IMG/VR virus record: IMGVR_UViG_3300023199_000021
Location: 32,001 to 96,000 of that record
Reading direction: 5' to 3' (one strand)
Length of the DNA stretch: 64,000 bases
DNA from: a virus
Shown here piece after piece: positions 1 to 7,685 of this stretch (within the stretch, counting starts at the first letter, position 1; each line of letters begins with the position of its first letter). Under the pieces are notes generated by a model. It did no database searches. It saw only the letters and a program-made list of their open reading frames with translations, and was not told the DNA's origin. A program made the translations under genes and the position numbers.

Positions 1-161
1 AGATCTTCCTCGATTTTTATCTTGATTTTCAGAGGAAGTTCGCCGGCTTGACCCCGTAGGATTTCTCCTAACTTGTAGGTGGCATTATCTTCTACAACAA
101 AAACAATCTCAACGCCATCTTTAATCTCAGCGATTAAATCTTTCAGTTTAAATAAATCCAT
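1..161 (-). CDS. Hypothetical protein (runs off the left edge of the window)
   Basis: ATG at 161 preceded by a purine-rich RBS-like stretch; reads MDLFKLKDLIAEIKDGVEIVFVVEDNATYKLGEILRG... and stays open to position 1. Confidence 0.6.
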   Translation of the reverse strand, partial: MDLFKLKDLIAEIKDGVEIVFVVEDNATYKLGEILRGQAGELPLKIKIKIEED

Positions 162-180
162 AGGATTCTCTCTTGTGTCG

Positions 181-268
181 TCGAGTTGGAAGGACTCGAA
201 CCTACGCGAGCCTGACCTCACCTGCCCTTTGACCGTCAGTTCAGGATATCAGGTCGCACAGCAACTTG
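181..268 (-). ncRNA. tRNA-like RNA: acceptor stem and T-arm, with a long hairpin in place of the D and anticodon arms
   Basis: Minus strand CAAGTTG...CAACTCG-A acceptor-like pairing (6/7); T-arm GTAGG-TTCGAGT-CCTTC; the middle forms GCGA-CCTGA..CCTG/CAGG..TCAGG-C-TCGC; lies in the tRNA cluster. Confidence 0.5.
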
Positions 269-317
269 TTATTAAGCTTATTTATTACTCGGTCTGAATA
301 AACAGGGGTTGCTCCCC

Positions 318-589
318 TTAGCTTATATTCTCTTTGATTTCTGCTGTAGCACGAACTTCTGTGATACAACTTGCTAGTTCACCTTCTGGACCGTCAAAGA
401 ACTCTTGCTTGACGTATACTTGTCCCAAACTAACACGTTCATCAGCTTCCTCTTGTGTCATACCTTCGTGTTTAACAAAGTGTTGCTTGGCCTGTTCTCT
501 TACTGCCATTTCCCACAGTCGATCCAAGGCCCATAAGAACCAAAACAAAAGGCGATGCGACCTTTTTCTGAGGCTTGTACGAACCTCAT
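318..589 (-). pseudogene. Probably frameshifted small gene (MRFVQASEKGRIAFCFGSYGPWIDCG / MAVREQAKQHF...)
   Basis: ATG at 589 right after tRNA-Asp reads protein-like for about 26 codons; the protein-like reading then continues in the 318..641 frame, whose 5' part overlaps the tRNA. Confidence 0.4.
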
Positions 590-591
590 AG

Positions 592-664
592 CGACCCATA
601 CAGGAGTCGAACCCGTAATCTCCGCCGTGACAAGGCGGCATGTTTCCATCAACACCTATGGGCC
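592..664 (-). tRNA. tRNA-Asp(GTC)
   Basis: Acceptor GGCCCAT/ATGGGTC, anticodon arm CCGCC-TTGTCAC-GGCGG, T-loop GGTTCGACTCC; CCA not encoded. Confidence 0.93.
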
Positions 665-666
665 TT

Positions 667-879
667 AAAAGCTACGTATTGCCTGACGTAGCACAGGTAT
701 AACTATAGCTTTTCTTTTATCGTCTGTCAGTTGCCCTCTGTTACGAAACCACTTCAACTCCCGTTGGATATCCCGTCTAGTAGGGAGTGTTTAAGCTATT
801 CATAACTTGGATTAACTAGTATGTTTACAACCGCAGCAAACAGACTATCTAGGTGCCACCCTAGCATTCACGGCATGTT
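667..879 (-). ncRNA. Candidate structured non-coding RNA between the HNH gene and tRNA-Asp
   Basis: No ORF; nested pairings GTCTGT/ACAGAC, TTGC/GCAA, GTTG-T-AAAC/GTTT-CG-TAAC, AAGTTA/TAGCTT, ACTCCC/GGGAGT, CTAGG/CCTAG; ends in GCTACGT/ACGTAGC plus TTTT. Confidence 0.5.
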
Positions 880-1353
880 TCAATTATACTCTGGGTAGTG
901 TATCTCGGCATGGCAATTTTTACATACCAGATCGCATTTTCCCACTACTTCATTCAGGTATACTTTTAACGATCTGTGTCTTAGTTTCTTGAAGTCTGGG
1001 TCTTTTTGCTTGGAGTCTCTATGATGAAAGTCTAATGCAGCAAGGTTTTTATTATATCCACACTTACAGCATTTGCCACCAAGTTGTTCGACCGCAATTT
1101 TCTTTTTCTTTAAGTACCGATCTTTTTCGTCTGTCGTTCGACACTTACGGCAGGCAGTATATCTCCCGCTTGCAAATCTCTTTTTGTCTTTGGTTCCACA
1201 GTAGGAGCAGCAATACTTCCTGTCGGGCTTTTTAAGTTCATACTTATTTGCCCAATACCGAACGGTTGTTAAACTGCATCCTAGTATTTCTGCTATCGAC
1301 CTATAGCTTTTGCCCTGTTTCACCAGTTGTGTTAGCTGTTTCTTCTCTATCAT
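880..1353 (-). CDS. HNH homing-type endonuclease with N-terminal HTH and Zn-binding motifs
   Basis: Start MIEKKQL with GGAGG RBS; HTH SYRSIAEILGCSLTTVRYW; CxxC pairs; ALDFHH...KCDLVCKNCHAEIH. The ORF-track 5' extension overlaps tRNA-Pro. Confidence 0.88.
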   Translation of the reverse strand: MIEKKQLTQLVKQGKSYRSIAEILGCSLTTVRYWANKYELKKPDRKYCCSYCGTKDKKRFASGRYTACRKCRTTDEKDRYLKKKKIAVEQLGGKCCKCGYNKNLAALDFHHRDSKQKDPDFKKLRHRSLKVYLNEVVGKCDLVCKNCHAEIHYPEYN

Positions 1354-1383
1354 TGGTATATACCTCCATAATAGTATACACCA
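1354..1383 (-). promoter_or_regulatory. Putative late promoter (TGGTGTATA) forming a hairpin over the HNH RBS
   Basis: TGGTGTATAC-tattatggag-GTATATACCA-ATG: a 10-bp stem with one G-U pair that ends at the start codon. Confidence 0.6.
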
Positions 1384-1420
1384 TTCTAGCTCAACTTGTA
1401 CACAAAAAATTGTGCAAAAG

Positions 1421-1496
1421 TCGGGGTGACTGGATTCGAACCAGCGTGCCCCTGCTCCCAAAGCAGGTCGGATCACCAAGCTCCCGACACACCCCG
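1421..1496 (-). tRNA. tRNA-Pro(TGG)
   Basis: CGGGGTG/CACCCCG acceptor, CCTGC-TTTGGGA-GCAGG anticodon arm, GCTGG-TTCGAAT-CCAGT T-arm. Confidence 0.93.
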
Positions 1497-1576
1497 TAAA
1501 TCACTGTTAATTACTCCAACTTTTGAAGAAAGGAATGACTCGAAACAATCCAGCCTTATCTCTCATCTGTATCCCT

Positions 1577-1604
1577 ATTATACCCTAAAAGTTCTCATTG
1601 TCAA
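1577..1604 (-). promoter_or_regulatory. sigma70-type early promoter
   Basis: TTGACA-16 nt-TATAAT. Confidence 0.75.
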
Positions 1605-1788
1605 GAGTTTCTTGAGGATTTTCTGGGATTTTTTCTTCTCCTGTTCCGCATTCCTCGATAAATTGAAGCAGATCACCAAGGCGACTGTTGATCACCCAAC
1701 GTTCTTCACCAAATTCAGTATCATTCATGATACCTTCAATTTCGTTCTTCACGTACTGTCGTTCTACTTCATTCATATTACTCTCCAA
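1585..1788 (-). CDS. Hypothetical acidic protein
   Basis: 67-aa ORF with GGAG RBS before MNEVERQ; lies between tRNAs. Confidence 0.5.
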   Translation of the reverse strand: MESNMNEVERQYVKNEIEGIMNDTEFGEERWVINSRLGDLLQFIEECGTGEEKIPENPQETLDNENF

Positions 1789-1789
1789 G

Positions 1790-1861
1790 TGGGGGTAGAA
1801 GGATTCGAACCCTCAATAACTGCTTAGAAGGCAGTTGTGATTTCCCTTTCACCATACCCCC
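1790..1861 (-). tRNA. tRNA-Arg(TCT)
   Basis: GGGGGTA/TACCCCC acceptor, ACTGC-CTTCTAA-GCAGT anticodon arm, GGTTCGAATCC T-loop. Confidence 0.93.
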
Positions 1862-1864
1862 ATA

Positions 1865-2071
1865 CTAACCTGTAGCTTGCGGTGTTTGTATCTCAGATAC
1901 AATAATGCCCTTTTCCAAAAAGTCCGATACAATTTGTCGTCGCATATTTTCCTGAGTAGGTTTTAGTTCGTATTTCTTTTCGAACTTAGCCCCATTTATA
2001 TTGACGGTTTTATTGACCGGTGTAGCGGTTTCTTCTTTCTTTCCGACTATGCGGAACTGATACATCGCCAT
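1865..2071 (-). CDS. Hypothetical protein
   Basis: 68-aa ORF preceded by a GGGTGTATA motif at 2105-2113. Confidence 0.6.
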   Translation of the reverse strand: MAMYQFRIVGKKEETATPVNKTVNINGAKFEKKYELKPTQENMRRQIVSDFLEKGIIVSEIQTPQATG

Positions 2072-2224
2072 TTATATTCCCAAAAAAAGTTGCTACGAGG
2101 TTATTATACACCCGTTAAGATGTTTTTTGCTTCATTTGCGGGACTTTTCCGTATACCAACTCAATTTTCTCTTTCAGAAAATCAGCAAGAACCAATCCAA
2201 AAAGAAGGGGGTTGTTACACTCCT

Positions 2225-2252
2225 ATTATACCATACACTTCGGGGTTGTCAA
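2225..2252 (-). promoter_or_regulatory. sigma70-type early promoter
   Basis: TTGACA-16 nt-TATAAT. Confidence 0.75.
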
Positions 2253-2253
2253 G

Positions 2254-2508
2254 TTATTTTTTCAAAGCGGATTCCAAATCTCGCTTGATTGTTTCTCCTG
2301 ACTTTTTAAGTTCATCGACCTCGCCTTTGATCAAAGCAGCTTCCTTCTCTACCTCTTGCATACCAGCCTTAAAGGATGGCAACACCTTACCGGCATTACG
2401 AGCCAGCTTGGGCAGGGCACTTGCTCCGAACAACAGAACAACGATACCTGCGATGATCAACATTTCCGGTACTCCCGGCATAGCAAATGCTAAAAGACTT
2501 ACATTCAT
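2254..2508 (-). CDS. tatA: Twin-arginine translocase TatA/TatE family subunit
   Basis: GxPEMLIIAGIVVLLFG hinge followed by amphipathic helix LPKLARNAGKVLPSFKAGM; AAGG RBS. Confidence 0.88.
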   Translation of the reverse strand: MNVSLLAFAMPGVPEMLIIAGIVVLLFGASALPKLARNAGKVLPSFKAGMQEVEKEAALIKGEVDELKKSGETIKRDLESALKK

Positions 2509-2518
2509 ACCTTTTCTT

Positions 2519-2809
2519 CTAGAAAATCAAATAGTTGTTGTTTCCATTGGTTACGACTTTCAACATGAAGTCTTTCAGTCTAACATGGCCCTCAGTCGGA
2601 GGTTCCCAATCTTGAACCTTATCAATCATACTTTGGTATCGAGCCTTTTGCTCTTTCTTTTCCATCAAAGATTTTTCTGCCTCGGCACGCACACGTCCTC
2701 TTTCTGCAAAGAAATCTTCTAGCAGTTGATCACGACTCTTGACTTTGATTGATATATTTCGTCTCGTAATGTACGTTCGCCAGTGATAGGGATATGGACA
2801 TTCTGCCAA
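2519..2809 (-). CDS. Hypothetical phage protein, possibly a truncated remnant
   Basis: Contains WEPPTEGHVRLKDFM, which resembles a motif in longer phage hypothetical proteins (recognised from memory). Confidence 0.45.
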   Translation of the reverse strand: MAECPYPYHWRTYITRRNISIKVKSRDQLLEDFFAERGRVRAEAEKSLMEKKEQKARYQSMIDKVQDWEPPTEGHVRLKDFMLKVVTNGNNNYLIF

Positions 2810-2836
2810 TCACGCCCCCTGCGGCTTCGCTCATTT

Positions 2837-3736
2837 TTAGTCCCTCAGCCATACATCACTTAGTTCGTCACGCATAAACTTCCTAATAGGTTCTGCGTCG
2901 GCAGAAGTACGTAACGAGTGTCTTAGTTGTTCTTGCTTATCCCACTTAAGTTCGTCCAAGTCTTTACCTGTAAAGTAAACCTTGTGTGCCATGTTTAGCA
3001 TCATTTTAACGAACTCTTTAAACTGGACCTGAGTGTTCCAGTAGTTACTATCTTTGTCTTTGATAGCCATACACAATGCGGTACAGTATATGGAGAACTC
3101 CATTACACCACTCACCCCATCTGACCATTCCCCGTTATGCCTTCCCTTTTTGATATCCTGTACGTCTACCAATCCACCTGCGATGTAAGCTACCCATTCG
3201 TCTACCAGATACAAAGGTCGGTCATCCCATGCTGTTTGGCCTATCACATATGTCTTGTATCTATTCCACCTTAGACTTTGTGGTACGTATGGTGCCACTT
3301 CTCGTTTACGCATGTTGGGTTCTTTTACGTAAAAAACACACCCAGTCGGCACGTAGAAGGCATTTAGTTTCTCTGTATATCCAATCTCTTTTTGCTTGGC
3401 GTTTCTTAAATCAGAGTTCAAAAAATGGACTGACTCATGTGCGTTGGTGCCTCGATTATATTCTAGAACAGGGTCTTTAACTCTGTTGATAATCTCAGCA
3501 TACTCACTGTCCTCGTTCAGTCTTTGCTTATAGATTGGAATACCAATCAAGTCTACACTTGGGTCGGGTTCCGGTTGTGGTTCCGGTTCAGGTGTGGGGT
3601 CCTGCTCTACTGGTTCTTGTGCTGCTGCCGCAACTACGGCTTCGGCAACTTTGTTACTATTCTTGTATTTGCTGCTACAACAACTTATAATGAATATTCC
3701 AGCTAGAACTAAACCTACTAAATTTTTATTGAACAT
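2837..3736 (-). CDS. Exported or lipoprotein-like protein with an HExxH (zincin-like) motif
   Basis: N-terminal hydrophobic signal ending in SCC, a PEPEPQPEP linker, AHESVH and a downstream LVDEWVAY; TGGTGTATA motif upstream at 3779-3787. Confidence 0.7.
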   Translation of the reverse strand: MFNKNLVGLVLAGIFIISCCSSKYKNSNKVAEAVVAAAAQEPVEQDPTPEPEPQPEPDPSVDLIGIPIYKQRLNEDSEYAEIINRVKDPVLEYNRGTNAHESVHFLNSDLRNAKQKEIGYTEKLNAFYVPTGCVFYVKEPNMRKREVAPYVPQSLRWNRYKTYVIGQTAWDDRPLYLVDEWVAYIAGGLVDVQDIKKGRHNGEWSDGVSGVMEFSIYCTALCMAIKDKDSNYWNTQVQFKEFVKMMLNMAHKVYFTGKDLDELKWDKQEQLRHSLRTSADAEPIRKFMRDELSDVWLRD

Positions 3737-3791
3737 AGCTATAACCTTTCGTGTAAACGTTAACTTAGCCCGAAAGGCTATACACCAAAAG

Positions 3792-3845
3792 TGCAGCTAC
3801 GGAAAGTCGAACTCCGGCCACCTGCATGGCAAGCAGGGAGGTTCC
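3792..3845 (-). pseudogene. tRNA-Gly(GCC) remnant (3' two-thirds only)
   Basis: CCTGC-TTGCCAT-GCAGG anticodon arm, CGGAG-TTCGACT-TTCCG T-arm and 3' TAGCTGCA are present; there is no matching 5' acceptor strand or D-arm. Confidence 0.65.
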
Positions 3846-3879
3846 GGCTCAGGTGCCGGTTTACTTTTCTTGAATTTCC

Positions 3880-4211
3880 AATAACTATATGCAAGTACTG
3901 CTACGATTAGTGCGATACCAAAATACTGTTACCAGTCCATATAAACTCCGGTGCTGTGAGCCACACTTAACCCCAAGTCTCACATTCCATATCATACCCA
4001 CCGGGAGCAGGATGGTTGCTATAGGGTACTTCACTGTACTCTTTCGGCAACGGCGAATGCAGTCGGTTTGGACTCACGATCATTAAAGTAATTGATACTA
4101 CCCTCTGGATCGCCAGTGTTGGGTTTACGCTGAGTAGAAACTTTGATAAACGAAGTTACTTGATCAGCAGGTCCAACAACAGACAAACGGTTTACACAAT
4201 GATTAGGCATA
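3880..4211 (-). pseudogene. Degraded DUF1281/YubB-like (MPNWCxN) gene
   Basis: MPNHCVNRLSVVGPADQVTSFI..., then in a shifted frame GYDMECETWG followed by a stop (family motif WYxWxxxxWGxKW); frameshifts and stops. Confidence 0.6.
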
Positions 4212-4221
4212 CTTGCTCCAA

Positions 4222-4399
4222 TTACTCGAATGCTTGATCTTGAGTAAAGCCTGCGAGTTGATACTGCTTCATTACTTTACGCATGACTTGGCCCTGATTA
4301 TGTACAGACTCCATCATAGGCTTGCTGTTAAGCAGATGATCGTAAACAGAGGCAGCTTGACCAGCAGCATTGTCAATAGCGTCAAAAGCATTAGACATT
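4222..4399 (-). CDS. Small hypothetical protein (MSNAFDAIDNAAG...AGFTQDQAFE)
   Basis: About 58-aa minus-strand ORF with GGAG RBS, below the ORF-track cutoff; boundaries approximate. Confidence 0.5.
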
Positions 4400-4841
4400 T
4401 TTTTTCTCCAATTTGTATATTACGTAGCTAGAGGTTCGATTAACTACTGGCAGGTCCAGATCAACGAAAGCCTGGTAAGTACCGATAGAAGTAAAACCGT
4501 TTAAATTCTTTTTGTCGTTTCTTACAGAAATGTAAGCAACACCATCCCATTCCAGCAATGCCAGAATGTTGTCAATGACACCAAGACCACTCATGCTGTG
4601 GCAAAACATTCAGTACAAAGTTGCACATGATAGTTTCGTATTGCAAGTTTCTCAAAGGTTGATCGCGATAATAAGGATCATATCCTTCGATGCACAGTTC
4701 GTCACAGTCAAAGTCCTTGCCGCAACCGTAATCTAGACAGCGACCTTGCAACAGATCATTCTCTGACAGATATCGGACAGGTGCCGACAGGTTCTTGCGA
4801 GTAATAGCGGTCTTGTGGGCGTTCTCAGTAGTTTAGCACAT
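4391..4841 (-). pseudogene. Class I SAM-dependent methyltransferase pseudogene (resembles the DNA-phosphorothioation-associated methyltransferase core)
   Basis: MC*TTENAHKTAITRKNLSAP...LDYGCGKDFD...GYDPYY...CNFVLNVLP, then a frameshift into ...DGVAYISVR; TAA at codon 3. Confidence 0.78.
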
Positions 4842-4992
4842 GTTTTGTTTTCCTAAAAAAGAAAGGTACAGAGGCTTATCACCTAAACGATTCTCAGGTC
4901 CGGTATCGCCTCGGCAGCTTTATCATAGTCTTCATTATGCTTCTCATAATAAAACTGCCAGAAGCGGTCGAACAATTCCTGTTTTGTCTCAA

Positions 4993-5658
4993 TCATTCTA
5001 CCACCTTTCCGTTCTTGGTTACTTTCATTTTACCATCCAGATCGAGAAAATCAAGCTCGTTGATACAAAAAAATCGAGTCCCGTCAATTTTTCGGTGCCA
5101 GTTGCGATGCCAGTGCCCAAAAAACCAGAGTTTTGGTTTGTGAATCTGGAACATCACGCTCAACGCTTGCTGTGTCCTGCACGAGTAGTCTTCGGGCCAG
5201 CCAAAATGTTTCATAACTTGTGGCGAAGAAAAGTTATGCTTGATTGAACTGGGGCAGTCGTGCGTGATCATAATGTCAGGCTGTACCTGCTCATATAGAT
5301 CAATCGCATCTTCCAATTCTTCGATACTTAGTTCTTCCTCATACCACCAAGTCTTTTGACCAGATAGTATGTAGTTACTAATACGAGGCAGGGCGTCAAT
5401 ACTGACGCTGCCCCTAACAAAAAAGAACTCAATGCCGTTAAGTTGCCAAGTACCATAATCCCCCAAGCTCAAACTTGTGTTGTGATACACGTCGTAGTTG
5501 TCATGGTTTCCGCCGACAAACCTATGGCACGCTGGATCGGCCTTGATTTTACTGTAATCAAAACCAAGATCACCAACTTGCACAGAGTAATCACACTGTT
5601 TAATCAGTTGATTATAATTGTCGATCTTACCATGTACGTCACCAATAATTCTAATCAT
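4993..5658 (-). CDS. Calcineurin-like metallophosphoesterase
   Basis: GDVHG, VGDLG, GNHD, THDCP and FGHWH motifs. Confidence 0.92.
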   Translation of the reverse strand: MIRIIGDVHGKIDNYNQLIKQCDYSVQVGDLGFDYSKIKADPACHRFVGGNHDNYDVYHNTSLSLGDYGTWQLNGIEFFFVRGSVSIDALPRISNYILSGQKTWWYEEELSIEELEDAIDLYEQVQPDIMITHDCPSSIKHNFSSPQVMKHFGWPEDYSCRTQQALSVMFQIHKPKLWFFGHWHRNWHRKIDGTRFFCINELDFLDLDGKMKVTKNGKVVE

Positions 5659-5765
5659 TTCTTTTCCACAACATTTCCTATGATGAATCCATTGAACAAC
5701 GCAGGCAATAGCTCACGACCCCATCAACGAAGCACCTACTACGAGCCCACCGCATATACATGCAA

Positions 5766-6020
5766 TCATTGTTGATTATCTTTCTTCCTCAAATGTTCTG
5801 CCATTCGTCCGTGACCTTCGATCCAGATTCTTCCTATGTTCATTAAGAATCGAACTGTTTCGTAATCAATTATACCTTCTTCTGTCACATCTAGACAAAA
5901 TTCCCACCCACCATGATCACGGAGATAGATACCCATATCTTTTACAGTAAAAGATTGGTGATTACCATCATCTTCATAAAGACGAAGAACAGTACCGATT
6001 CCCAATACCTTTTTAGCCAT
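5766..6020 (-). CDS. Hypothetical protein
   Basis: 84-aa ORF in a tightly packed minus-strand run. Confidence 0.55.
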   Translation of the reverse strand: MAKKVLGIGTVLRLYEDDGNHQSFTVKDMGIYLRDHGGWEFCLDVTEEGIIDYETVRFLMNIGRIWIEGHGRMAEHLRKKDNQQ

Positions 6021-6025
6021 CGTTC

Positions 6026-6211
6026 TTAATTTCTAATAAAAAATCTGCGGTCTGTAACAGGTACATCGCACCCACTGAAAGAGATATGCACTCTCTTGCC
6101 GTAGTTGGTATTGATCTTCATGACCACACCATCGCTTAGATGTAGTTCGACTGAGGTACTATCCAATACTACTTTATTAATCCTATGTACTATACTCTCT
6201 CCAAATCTCAA
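6026..6211 (-). CDS. Hypothetical protein
   Basis: 61-aa ORF; start uncertain. Confidence 0.4.
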   Translation of the reverse strand: MRFGESIVHRINKVVLDSTSVELHLSDGVVMKINTNYGKRVHISFSGCDVPVTDRRFFIRN

Positions 6212-6701
6212 GGTCGAATTCTGCGGGAGTCATACTCTCTGGAACCTTTTTAACAAACGTCTGCTCCAATGTCAAGTTTTTTTCAGTCGGAGTAGATTTT
6301 CCTTGGTCCCGCATCCAACGAATGATATGAGTGTCCAATGCAGCGTGCTGTACGCCTCGACGTGAGAACATAATAAAGAACCGTGAGGTTTTACACGCCT
6401 CTAGATCGCTCACAGAGGCTTTACGGAGGTCCAGCCCAGAATAGATCAGTTCCCAGATAGTTTTAGCTTTTTGCGAATGACAACCAATGCCCAAATCTTT
6501 CAGCCGACACACCAAAGCTTGTTTGGGTGTATCAGCAAGATCGCGATAAATCGACCACTAATCTCCATCACAAAACTTACGGAGTTTTTAAACGGACATG
6601 GAGTAGGACCAACATAGTTCATCACAAACGCAGAAGATCAACAGTTCTTCCAACTACTCGTCAGTATAGTCGTACCGTACAATGTTCTTTGGATCAATCA
6701 T
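6183..6701 (-). pseudogene. HhH/OGG-like DNA glycosylase-family pseudogene
   Basis: MIDPKNIVRYDYTDE*LEELLIFCVC... (in-frame TAG), then GIGCHSQKA...KTSRFFIMFSR...AALDTHIIRW...EFDLEIW; the GxG of the HhH motif before KTSRFF appears deleted. Confidence 0.65.
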
Positions 6702-7035
6702 AGTCTCGCTTTATCTTTTCAGCAATTTGTTTTCCTTTTTCTGAAAGAGTATAGACGAATTCGCCTTCCTCGCTCAGTTCTACTTCCAGTGTACCATCCG
6801 ATACCATCTTTGTCAAGGTAAAACCTGTAACAAGCTTGGCATATTCTTCCTGAATATCTTCATCAGAAAATTCTGCTAGCCCTTCGGCCTCGAACTGCCC
6901 CAAAACGTAGCCGACGATGATCCCGTCCGCTATCATTCGTAATGGATGATTCTCGTCATTAAATTCGTTCGCAGCATATAATGCCAACTGTAATAGTTGT
7001 TGTTCATTCACTAATGCATTGATAAATCTATTCAT
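6694..7035 (-). CDS. Hypothetical protein with a winged-helix-like C-terminus
   Basis: GAGAGG RBS; C-terminal ...GEFVYTLSEKGKQIAE is wing-like. Confidence 0.65.
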   Translation of the reverse strand: MNRFINALVNEQQLLQLALYAANEFNDENHPLRMIADGIIVGYVLGQFEAEGLAEFSDEDIQEEYAKLVTGFTLTKMVSDGTLEVELSEEGEFVYTLSEKGKQIAEKIKRDYD

Positions 7036-7109
7036 TTAAAAACCCTCTCAACTTTCTAATTCAAACAATTTATGTACGGCATCACACGTAGCATATCCAT
7101 AATCTCATG

Positions 7110-7487
7110 TTATCGGGACTTAACGTTAACGAATCGACCGAGCTTCAACTGCAATTCCAATGCATCGAAGTCGTGCAATTCACCGTCACGCCACGATGCG
7201 GAGTTCATCATGTAGCTCAACGCCACGGCCAACTGCCCGACCGTTGATCGCAATTGATCGTCCTTGACGCTCGTGCTGCGGATGCTTTGCACCAACACGT
7301 CCGCAAGGTAGCTCATTCGTTCGTTGAACTGTCCCGGTAGAACGCAAACCCGATCCATGCACCCTGCTTCACGAAGAACCGCCCCGGTCAATTCCTCTGG
7401 TGCGATCGACGCTCGACGTTCTATTGCAGACTTGATCTCATCCGCCCGTGAACGCCGAGTTTTCTTCAAATCTGTTTCTGTAGTCAT
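7110..7487 (-). CDS. Hypothetical protein
   Basis: 125-aa ORF, GC-richer than its neighbours, downstream of the promoter at 7566-7593. Confidence 0.6.
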   Translation of the reverse strand: MTTETDLKKTRRSRADEIKSAIERRASIAPEELTGAVLREAGCMDRVCVLPGQFNERMSYLADVLVQSIRSTSVKDDQLRSTVGQLAVALSYMMNSASWRDGELHDFDALELQLKLGRFVNVKSR

Positions 7488-7565
7488 TCTCTTACCTTTT
7501 TGTTAGCGTCAACAACATGGGGGATCAGTTCACATTCTTCAAACCGTTTTGCTTTCCATACTTCT

Positions 7566-7593
7566 ATTTTACCGTTTAAAACGAGAATGTCAA
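7566..7593 (-). promoter_or_regulatory. sigma70-type early promoter
   Basis: TTGACA-16 nt-TAAAAT. Confidence 0.7.
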
Positions 7594-7685
7594 GAGGAAA
7601 CTTTCAAAATTCCGAAAACGGCAAAGATATCTAGCCAGCAGAAGTAGAATATCGTGTATACGGATAATGATAGCAACAAATATAT

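Noticed and set aside
667-1420. Group I intron hosting the HNH gene (AGATAGTC resembles the P7 3' strand)
   Set aside because: There is no matching 5' core upstream and no interrupted host gene; both flanking tRNAs are intact.
1354-1479. N-terminal extension of the HNH ORF in the ORF track
   Set aside because: It overlaps tRNA-Pro; the RBS supports the start at 1353.
2090-2722. 210-aa plus-strand ORF
   Set aside because: It is antisense to tatA and spans a minus-strand promoter; it is not protein-like.
3880-4090. Apparent structured ncRNA in an ORF-poor gap
   Set aside because: It translates as frameshifted pieces of a DUF1281/YubB-like gene (MPNHCVN...GYDMECETWG), so it is better explained as a pseudogene.
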